Below, piece by piece: positions 57,660 through 64,000 of a DNA stretch of 64,000 nucleotides. Source of the DNA: Verrucomicrobiales bacterium. Lineage in GTDB: Bacteria > Verrucomicrobiota > Verrucomicrobiia > Limisphaerales > JACDHS01. Each line of letters opens with the position of its first letter. Positions within the stretch are counted from its first letter, which is position 1. Position numbers and translations under genes: made by a program. The DNA lies in NCBI GenBank assembly GCA_028293445.1, contig JAQGOU010000115.1:4129-68128 (forward strand), given 5' to 3'. The notes beneath the pieces were generated by a model. That model did not search any database. It had not been told where the DNA came from and was given only the letters and a program-made list of their open reading frames with translations.

Positions 57660-59174
57660 ATGCCTGACCTGAACGACATGGATTTGCTCCGGGAATACGC
57701 CGACCGCGACTCGGACCCGGCGTTTGCCGAAGTGGTTCAACGGCACATCAATTTTGTTTATTCCGTGGCGTTGCGCTACGTCGGCAATTCCCAGGATGCG
57801 CAGGATGTGACGCAAGCCGTGTTCATCATTCTCGCGCAAAAAGCCGCTGGCCTCCGCGAAAAAACCATTCTCGCCGGTTGGCTGTATGAAACCACCCGGT
57901 TCACCGCCGCCCGGTTCATGCGGTCCAAGGCCCGGCGTCAATCCCGCGAACAGGAGGCACACATGCAGTCGAGTTTAAGCGATTCAGATACGGACGACGC
58001 CTGGGAACGACTCGCCCCGCTCCTGGAGGAAGCCATGTCGGAGTTAGGTGAAAGGGATCGCACGCTGCTGGCGTTGCACTTTTTCCAAAGGAAGAGCGCG
58101 GAAGAAACTGCCGCAATTCTCGGCATCCAGAAATGGGCTGCCCGCAAACGTGTGGCGCGAGCGGTGGAAAAGCTTCGGACATTCTTCGCACGTCGGGATG
58201 TCAGTGTCTCGGCGGTCGTTTTAATGGGAGCCGTCACGACACATTCGGTTCAAGCCGCACCTGCGGCTCTGGCAGCATCCATTTCCGCCGTCGCCATTAC
58301 CAAAGGGACGGCGGCAAGCGCAACGACTTTAACACTCATCAAAGGGACATTGAAAATGATCGCGTGGGCAAAAGTAAAAACAGCCGTGGCCGTGGGTTTA
58401 ACCATCCTTCTCGTTACCGGAACCGCCACGGTCGCCGCAAAGAAATTGAAATGGCATCAACCCCACGCCTGGCAGAATGCGGACGATCTATTCGAAGCCC
58501 TTCGGAAGACTCCGCCGCAAGTTACGATCTTGCGGGCAAAAGTCAGGGAGACTCCAGGCGGGTCCGTTAGCGAAGACGACAAAACGCTTGGACTCGGAAT
58601 GAGTTTTGAATCGATGGTGGAATTCGCCTACGGCAAGAATGAATACAACACGATTATTTCAACGAAGCTCCCACCGGATAAAATCGACTTCATCGCGAAT
58701 TTGGAACACGGCTCGCGAGAAGCCCTCCAAGCGCAGATAAAAAAACAATTTGGAATCATCGGACGTTTTGAAGCGACCCCAAAGGACGTCGATGTTCTTC
58801 GGGTGAAGGATCCCAAGGCATTAAAATTAACACCTCGACACCCGACAATCGATCAAGCCGGGATGTGGTTTGAGGGAAAACGATTTCGCTGGAGCGGGCA
58901 ACCGAGCAGTCAGCTGGCGAGTTGGCTGGGAAGATATTTCAAAAAGCCAGTCATCGACATGACCGACATGACGACCGCAGCGAGAAAACTCGAGGAATAC
59001 AAATTCGACCTCAACTGGGACGATAACGATCTGCGCGAACATAACTCCGATAAGCTAAAGAAAGCACTCGAGGAAGTTGGATTCGAACTCATCTCAACGA
59101 ACCAGTCGATCAAGATACTCGTGGTGGAGAAACTGGCGGGGAAAGGCCCGTACGGACAACAGCGAGATCAATAA
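57660..59174 (+). CDS. ECF sigma-70 factor fused via a TM segment to an extracytoplasmic domain (TIGR03435-like, tentative)
   Basis: 504 aa. Sigma region 2 FAEVVQRHINFVYSVALRYVGNSQDAQDVTQAVF, region 4 LLALHFFQRKSAEETAAILGIQKWAARKRVARAVEKL, TM AVAVGLTILLVTGTATV. The C-terminal ~250 aa ends ...GFELISTNQSIKILVVEK. Confidence 0.8.
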   Translation: MPDLNDMDLLREYADRDSDPAFAEVVQRHINFVYSVALRYVGNSQDAQDVTQAVFIILAQKAAGLREKTILAGWLYETTRFTAARFMRSKARRQSREQEAHMQSSLSDSDTDDAWERLAPLLEEAMSELGERDRTLLALHFFQRKSAEETAAILGIQKWAARKRVARAVEKLRTFFARRDVSVSAVVLMGAVTTHSVQAAPAALAASISAVAITKGTAASATTLTLIKGTLKMIAWAKVKTAVAVGLTILLVTGTATVAAKKLKWHQPHAWQNADDLFEALRKTPPQVTILRAKVRETPGGSVSEDDKTLGLGMSFESMVEFAYGKNEYNTIISTKLPPDKIDFIANLEHGSREALQAQIKKQFGIIGRFEATPKDVDVLRVKDPKALKLTPRHPTIDQAGMWFEGKRFRWSGQPSSQLASWLGRYFKKPVIDMTDMTTAARKLEEYKFDLNWDDNDLREHNSDKLKKALEEVGFELISTNQSIKILVVEKLAGKGPYGQQRDQ

Positions 59175-59286
59175 AGTTGGTATCACCGCGTTCAAGACCC
59201 GGCCAATCCAGTGCATGGGAGTGGATTACCGAATTAGGGGCCACGTTGTTGGGGCTTTCGTCGCTTTAGCCCACGGCTACAAAGCT

Positions 59287-60138
59287 TTATTGTTGCGAAA
59301 CGGGTTTGAGCTCGGAGGAATCTTTCGGCGGAAACTTCGTATTCAGAAACCCCGCGAAGGTGTCGATCTCCTGGGCAGTGAGTGGACCGCCTTTAGTGTT
59401 GAGGAACACCGGCATCAAACTCGTGCCGCCATTCTCCAGGTAATACTTCCAATATTCTTTGCTGGTGACTTTGTTGATGTCGGCCAGGTTAGGAACCATG
59501 TCGGCGCGATGTCCATCGGGTTGATGGCAAATGGTGCAGTCTGCAGCGAACAACTCCTCACCGGTTTTCCCGCGTCCTTTTTCCACGTGGCAGGAAGCGC
59601 AATCCCCTTTGAAAACAGCCTGCCGATCGGCGATCGACTTCATCACGTTTTGTTGGCGAGAAGCCTCGGCCGGATCGAAAGCGATGTAGACCTTCAAATG
59701 AAGCGTCTGCTGGCCTTCCGAGGAATAAACCGTCAGCAGTTTGTCCAAACGACCGGTTTTGCCCGCAAAGTTTATGATGGCGGAAACGGACCCGAATTCG
59801 CCGGGCGCCATGTTCCAGGGCTCGCGCGGAAGCCTGGCCACGGTGCAACCACAGGAAGGCTGAATGTGATTTAGGACGACGTTCGTTGCTGCCGTATTGG
59901 TTACCCAAAAGATAAATTGATTCGTGCTCTGCAGAGGCTTGGTCGTCACTTCCTTGACCATGGCATCCCAGACAAGAGGGTGCGCCCCCGGGGCAACCAA
60001 TGGCGTTACCACGGTGGTCGGTTTCGGCAGCTGAACCGGCTCAACAACTGCCGGCAATGGTGCGGGACGCCGCTGTGCCGCGAAGAAGAACGCCGTTGCA
60101 ACCAAACAAAGCAGAGCGACAAAAATAAAACGTTTCAT
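59287..60138 (-). CDS. DUF1573 domain protein fused to a diheme-motif cytochrome c domain
   Basis: ORF 59287..60597; preferred ATG 60138 (MKRFIFVALLCLVATAFFFA). DUF1573 signature PSCGCTVA. Two CxxCH motifs (CASCH, CTICH). Confidence 0.75.
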   Translation of the reverse strand: MKRFIFVALLCLVATAFFFAAQRRPAPLPAVVEPVQLPKPTTVVTPLVAPGAHPLVWDAMVKEVTTKPLQSTNQFIFWVTNTAATNVVLNHIQPSCGCTVARLPREPWNMAPGEFGSVSAIINFAGKTGRLDKLLTVYSSEGQQTLHLKVYIAFDPAEASRQQNVMKSIADRQAVFKGDCASCHVEKGRGKTGEELFAADCTICHQPDGHRADMVPNLADINKVTSKEYWKYYLENGGTSLMPVFLNTKGGPLTAQEIDTFAGFLNTKFPPKDSSELKPVSQQ

Positions 60139-60295
60139 GAAATCACGTGCAGGTCGAAAGATTAAAAGGAGAGCGACATGCAATAGGAGACCCATTCGCC
60201 GCGCTTTCGTTCGATCTAAACTGGGAGGCGAGAAACGGACGGATCTTGCTTTCAAAAAACGCGAAGTTCTCCGCCGCCCCGCTTGTCTGTTTGAA

Positions 60296-60363
60296 CCCCG
60301 CCGCGTGAGGGCACGCGGCCTACACCGTGCTTTTTGTAGGCCGACTGCCCTCAGTCGGCGGGG
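60296..60363. repeat. Nested three-helix GC-rich hairpin (REP-like or small structured RNA)
   Basis: ccccgccg..gagggca..ggcctaca-[loop]-tgtaggcc..tgccctc..cggcgggg. Three nested perfect helices of 8, 7 and 8 bp, with no trailing T-run. Confidence 0.6.
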
Positions 60364-60533
60364 CGGTGCTATCAAGATGCGCCCTTGCAAAAGGTCCCGC
60401 GCAAAACATTCTTGCCTCTTTTGCTGTCTGCACGGCATAAACGCGCCGAATATTTGGCATCTTACTACATCCTCGGAGAGGATCGGTTTGGGGGGCCACG
60501 GCATTAACGCATCATCAGCACACAACGCATCGC

Positions 60534-61595
60534 ATGAATAAAAAAGGGAAGAAGAACGGTAAACCGAAGCAACGTTCAAAAAAGGATTCCACAACAAAAG
60601 CCAAGATCGTGCGTGGGCTCACACACGTTCGCCTCCGACGCATCGCCAAAATTCGTGAGGAGATTGCTGCGAATAGATTTCCCAACAAACAGTCACTCGC
60701 AAAATTATTGGAGGTTTCCCCTGAAGTCCTGGACAGGGACATCGCAGCGATGAAGATGGATTTGCCGATCGCCTTTGATTTCAAGGAAAATGGCTACTGT
60801 TTCACCGAGCCGGTTTCCAACGAAAAAGGAATGCGCGTTACCCGTACCGAATTGATCGCCACACTCTTTCTCTCCGAGTTGGGGAAGGAACTGAAGGGCA
60901 CGTGCTGGGAGAAAGCGATTGAGAGCATCTGCGAGAAAGTCGCTGCTGGTTTTCCAGAGGACATGAGCTTCCGACCGTCCGACTGGAGCAGGATTATGTC
61001 GGTGCGTAAGAAAGGGGCGACAACGGTCGAGCCGGAGAATTTAGAACTGCTCGTCAACGCCATCGCCGACAAGGAAACGCTTCACGTCACTTACATGAAT
61101 GGCGACGAAAAGGTTTCCGACCGCGACATCAACCCACTGCACCTCGAGCGCTTCGAGGATAATCTCTATTTAGTTGCCTACGATCATAACCGTCAAAAGG
61201 AGCTCGTCCTGGCAGCGTGGCGCGTGAAACCGATCACGCGCACCGGCAGAACTTTCGCCCACCCGCCCGGCTTTACGGCCGCCGGCTTCTTCAAACACAG
61301 CTTAGGCATTCACGGCCCCGAAGGTGATAAGCTACATGTGGTGGTGATTCGGTTCCGTCAAAAGGTGGCTCTGAAAATCAAGGAGCGCGTCTGGAACGCC
61401 CTGCAGAAGATGGAAATCCTCCCCGACGGCAGCGTGGAACTGCATTTTAAGTTAAATGGTTTAACCGAAGTCAGCCGACTGCTCCTCACCTGGATGCCGG
61501 AGATCATCTCAATCAGTCCGCCGGAATTATTGGCGATGCACGCCGCCAACATGAAGCAAGGGAATGAGAATCTGGCGAAGATGCAGGCCCTTTGA
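60534..61595 (+). CDS. HTH-WYL-WCX family transcriptional regulator (paralog 2)
   Basis: 353 aa. FPNKQSLAKLLEVSPEVLDRDIAAMKMDL (compare paralog 1, FPNKRTLSEELEISEETIKRDIECMRNDL). WYL-type INPLHLERFEDNLYLVAYDHNRQKELVLAAWRVKPI. Confidence 0.8.
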   Translation: MNKKGKKNGKPKQRSKKDSTTKAKIVRGLTHVRLRRIAKIREEIAANRFPNKQSLAKLLEVSPEVLDRDIAAMKMDLPIAFDFKENGYCFTEPVSNEKGMRVTRTELIATLFLSELGKELKGTCWEKAIESICEKVAAGFPEDMSFRPSDWSRIMSVRKKGATTVEPENLELLVNAIADKETLHVTYMNGDEKVSDRDINPLHLERFEDNLYLVAYDHNRQKELVLAAWRVKPITRTGRTFAHPPGFTAAGFFKHSLGIHGPEGDKLHVVVIRFRQKVALKIKERVWNALQKMEILPDGSVELHFKLNGLTEVSRLLLTWMPEIISISPPELLAMHAANMKQGNENLAKMQAL

Positions 61596-61601
61596 CGAAA
61601 C

Positions 61602-62456
61602 TTAACGGTTCGCTGCCGCACCGCGGCATCTAGGGCAAGACGACTGAGGCTCCGACAGCGGCCCCCGCCAATCCTGTAACTTGGGCTTGGGCTTGAGTTC
61701 AATAGCCCGGAGAGCGGCTATGACCCGCGGGTCTTCAGGTCCAACAACGCCGACGGTCATTACGGCTGCATGCGCGATCCAAAAATCGTTGTCTTCCGTG
61801 CATGTGACCAGAGCGGGTATGGCCGGCGCGGCGTTGGTTCCCATTGAACCGATGGCGTAGATCGCGGAAACCTTTGTCCCGTTCGGAAAATCGTTGGTCA
61901 GAATGGAGACAAGGACCGGCAGGGCGTCGGGTCCGATCCAGCCAAGGGCATCCAGCGCCCCACTCGCACCGTCACCGAGGTTTATCCTTGGCAGAAAAAA
62001 CAAGTCACCTTTGTCTTCTTTTACCTCGTTCGTTGCCATGGCCATGCGAGCCAACTCCGGAAGGAACGGGCGAGCGGCGGAGCCCAAGGTTCGAAAGGAT
62101 TCCTCAATACCGAGGTACGGCACGTTCGGAAAGTTTGTCTGGGTCAGCCACATTAATAAAAACGGAATCGCATTGGTGCCAGCATTCCTGATCGCATCCT
62201 GCGCCTCTGGCCCGTTGGGGATATCCGCGACTTTCGGAATCGGAGGAGAAGAATCCCAGGACGACGAAGACAAAACGGACGCGGAAAGCGCCGCCTGGTA
62301 AGACTCGCAAAACTTCAAATCGAGAACGTCGACCCAATAGCTGAGAGGCCGGTTGTGGTAAACCGGCTGAGCTGCAGTCTCAATCGCTTCCGCCCGGAAG
62401 ACGGCAAGAGCGAGAGAGCCGAGCATGACGAGGGAAAAGCGCGAAAACAGTTTCAT
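61602..62456 (-). CDS. Secreted HEAT-repeat protein
   Basis: ORF 61602..62501; preferred ATG 62456 (MKLFSRFSLVMLGSLALAVFRAEA). Repeated ...G..A.P.L..L... HEAT units (GTNAIPFLLMWL, LGSAARPFLPELARM, IGPDALPVLVSIL, GTNAAPAIPALVTC). Confidence 0.7.
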   Translation of the reverse strand: MKLFSRFSLVMLGSLALAVFRAEAIETAAQPVYHNRPLSYWVDVLDLKFCESYQAALSASVLSSSSWDSSPPIPKVADIPNGPEAQDAIRNAGTNAIPFLLMWLTQTNFPNVPYLGIEESFRTLGSAARPFLPELARMAMATNEVKEDKGDLFFLPRINLGDGASGALDALGWIGPDALPVLVSILTNDFPNGTKVSAIYAIGSMGTNAAPAIPALVTCTEDNDFWIAHAAVMTVGVVGPEDPRVIAALRAIELKPKPKLQDWRGPLSEPQSSCPRCRGAAANR

Positions 62457-62464
62457 GGACCTCC

Positions 62465-62526
62465 GCGAGCGTAGGCGATCATATCGGCGCGGACAACTCA
62501 TTCGTAGCAGCTAACGTGAGGAGGCT
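62465..62526. repeat. 62-nt repeated element, copy A (immediately upstream of the HEAT gene start)
   Basis: gcgagcgtaggcgatcatatcggcgcggacaactcattcgtagcagctaacgtgaggaggct matches copy B (63346-63407) at 56 of 62 positions. Confidence 0.8.
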
Positions 62527-62572
62527 TATTCTTTTTTTCGGCTTCGCGTTCATCAAACGCACTACGTACCAG

Positions 62573-63328
62573 CTATTGAGTAATGATGCTGATGGTATGG
62601 AACTGCGCTTCGATGGGTGATTCATCCCACTTTGATTCATCAATTTTTATAAATTCCCTCATCTTCTCCTCGGTCCAATTCAAGCCAGGCCTCTTGCCCA
62701 TAAAATTGATCGAAACTTCAACGTTGCCGCCTGGCACCCTGAGAGCATAGCTCACGCGTTTGAGTGGACGTCCGAAGCGATTCTCAGTCACGTCGGAGTA
62801 TTTTTGACCGCTCACGACTTCATACTGAACGGATGATACGGTCATGGCGCCATTAGAGACATTTTCTGAGGCGCGAGCGATGGCCTCTTCTGTGAGGATT
62901 TGCAAAGAAACCATCAGCTCTTTCCAGAAGAATAGGATTGCGTCATTGCCGACACCCGGGAGTTTGCGTCGACGGGCTCGTTCCGGCAGGTCCATAACTA
63001 AAAAGACCTGCGGCGCAGCGGCCTTTTCCCCTTCCTCCTTGATTTGCTGCAGAAGGTCGGCTGGCGAAGCGATTAAGAAAACACCGGCAGCGAAGTGCAG
63101 AGGATCATTCTGTTGACTCGGTTCAGCCAACCAATCGTTGAGGGCGATAATATCTTCTTCCAACAATTTCTCGGCTTCGTTCGAGGGTAGTCCTGCGACG
63201 CGTTTACGGAGCAAGGCCAGCAAAGGTGCAAAGCCGGTATCTTCATTCGGTTCGTTTGGCGGCCCGAATTTCTTTCTGAACGGTTGAAGATAGCGTAACC
63301 GTCCTGGCAATGATGACGCACGTGGCAT
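62573..63328 (-). CDS. Hypothetical cytoplasmic protein
   Basis: ORF 62573..63505; preferred ATG 63328 (MPRASSLPGRLRYLQPF), because the upstream extension runs through the repeated element. No recognisable domain. Confidence 0.6.
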   Translation of the reverse strand: MPRASSLPGRLRYLQPFRKKFGPPNEPNEDTGFAPLLALLRKRVAGLPSNEAEKLLEEDIIALNDWLAEPSQQNDPLHFAAGVFLIASPADLLQQIKEEGEKAAAPQVFLVMDLPERARRRKLPGVGNDAILFFWKELMVSLQILTEEAIARASENVSNGAMTVSSVQYEVVSGQKYSDVTENRFGRPLKRVSYALRVPGGNVEVSINFMGKRPGLNWTEEKMREFIKIDESKWDESPIEAQFHTISIITQ

Positions 63329-63345
63329 ATTTACAACCGATTTCG

Positions 63346-63469
63346 GCGAGCGTAGGTGATCATTTCGGTGCCGACAACTCATTCGTAGCAGCCGACGTGA
63401 GGAGGCTCTGACTTGTTCTGTCGCCGCGGCGATAAACGAAATGAGCCTCGTCACCTCGTCTGCTACGAA
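63346..63469. repeat. 62-nt repeated element, copy B, plus a partner inverted arm (REPIN-like)
   Basis: Copy B is 63346-63407. Its distal 27 nt, ttcgtagcagccgacgtgaggaggctc (63382-63408), pairs with gagcctcgtcacctcgtctgctacgaa (63443-63469) at 24 of 27 positions, with a 34-nt loop. Confidence 0.75.
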
Positions 63470-63488
63470 CGGAACTTTCCGGCGAGAG

Positions 63489-63793
63489 CCTTTTTTTGGA
63501 GCCAAAAAAACACCCTCGGCTATCTAGATCCAAAATTTTGCTCTAAAAAAACGCCCTCAGCTGTCTGGATCGCCATTTTTGGAGTAAAAAAACCGTTCTA
63601 GATAGCCGAGGGCACTTTTTTGAAGCAAAAAAACGGATCTAGCCAGCTGGAACCAAAATTTTGGAGCAAAAATTCCGATCCAGACAGCTGATGTCAGTTT
63701 TTTAGAGCAAAAAAAAGGTTCTAGATAGCTGAGAACCCTTTTGGGGAGCAAAAAATTGGATCTAGATAGCCGAGGATGATTTTCCGGAGGAGC
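63489..63793. repeat. Tandem array 4: about 7.4 units of 41 bp, T-tract-GGAGC-A-tract linker + core (ggatctagatagccgaggg) in alternating orientations
   Basis: GGAGC-type anchors at 63498, 63539/40, 63581, 63622, 63663, 63704, 63745 and 63786 (41 apart). The core ccctcggctatctagatcc (unit 1) is the reverse complement of gttctagatagccgaggg (unit 3). Confidence 0.9.
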
Positions 63794-63863
63794 AACGGCG
63801 TTTTTGTTGGGTTTTTGACATTTTCTGCCAGTGATCCAACCGCTATCATAACTAGGGGCGTCA

Positions 63864-64000
63864 TCAATCAATCAGCTTGTCATTGAAGCCACCGCCGATC
63901 GCCTGCCCCTTGGCATTACGTCTCGCATAATGAACCGAACCCTGGTCAGGAGCATCGAACTCCTCAAATCGCAACTGTTTCGGGGATTTTTTTGCGATTT
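63864..64000 (-). CDS. C-terminal end of an unidentified protein (gene starts beyond position 64000)
   Basis: Own minus-strand translation: ...KSPKQLRFEEFDAPDQGSVHYARRNAKGQAIGGGFNDKLID*, open to the window edge, stop = revcomp of tca at 63864-63866. No motif recognised. Confidence 0.35.
   Translation of the reverse strand, partial: IAKKSPKQLRFEEFDAPDQGSVHYARRNAKGQAIGGGFNDKLID

Noticed and set aside
1-64000. rRNA, tRNA or tmRNA genes and prophage or integrase signatures.
   Set aside because: Reading the intergenic regions, I found no cloverleaf-compatible sequences, no rRNA-like conserved blocks, and no integrase, terminase or capsid ORFs. The only transposase-type gene is the RAYT.

Overview
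The window looks like a chromosomal segment from a PVC-superphylum bacterium, probably a soil Verrucomicrobiota. This placement is an inference from gene content only: a PSCyt/PSD + DUF1501 pair, sulfatase + FGE, ThuA, GH2/GH51, DUF1573, an ECF sigma fusion and many secreted HEAT/FN3 proteins. About 55 protein-coding genes are supported. I saw no rRNA, tRNA, CRISPR array or cas genes.

Main gene blocks:
- 7.9-19.1 kb, minus strand: an ~11-kb translationally coupled respiratory operon. It runs actA-B-C-D-E-F (Alternative Complex III), then a small membrane protein, a CcoN-like subunit, CcoO and a cytochrome c.
- 31.7-36.2 kb: a GH51-sulfatase-FGE operon.
- 36.3-37.9 kb: purH.
- 37.9-42.4 kb: an exopolysaccharide export operon (OM barrel, Wzc-like BY-kinase, Wza-like exporter, FHA protein).
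- 44.5-52.7 kb: a four-gene methyltransferase + hybrid kinase + two REC-kinase-like operon, divergent from a FadL-type channel.
- 52.7-57.5 kb: a DUF1501/PSCyt-PSD pair.
- A RAYT transposase flanked by 202-bp composite repeats, and two paralogous HTH-WYL regulators.

Observations most worth a second look:
1. The CcoN homolog seems to have lost all six canonical heme/CuB histidine ligands. Its ORF is intact and it is coupled to an intact CcoO and to ACIII.
2. actB carries an in-frame TAA inside a conserved Fe-S motif.
3. Four intergenic tandem arrays have unrelated core sequences but near-identical geometry (41-42-bp period, 7-8 units, about 300 bp). In two of them the cores flip orientation.
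4. The methyltransferase/kinase operon mirrors the Ralstonia phcBSRQ quorum-sensing architecture.
5. Several REP/REPIN-like palindromic families sit close to the RAYT.

All motif alignments and coordinate counts were done by eye. No database search was possible.
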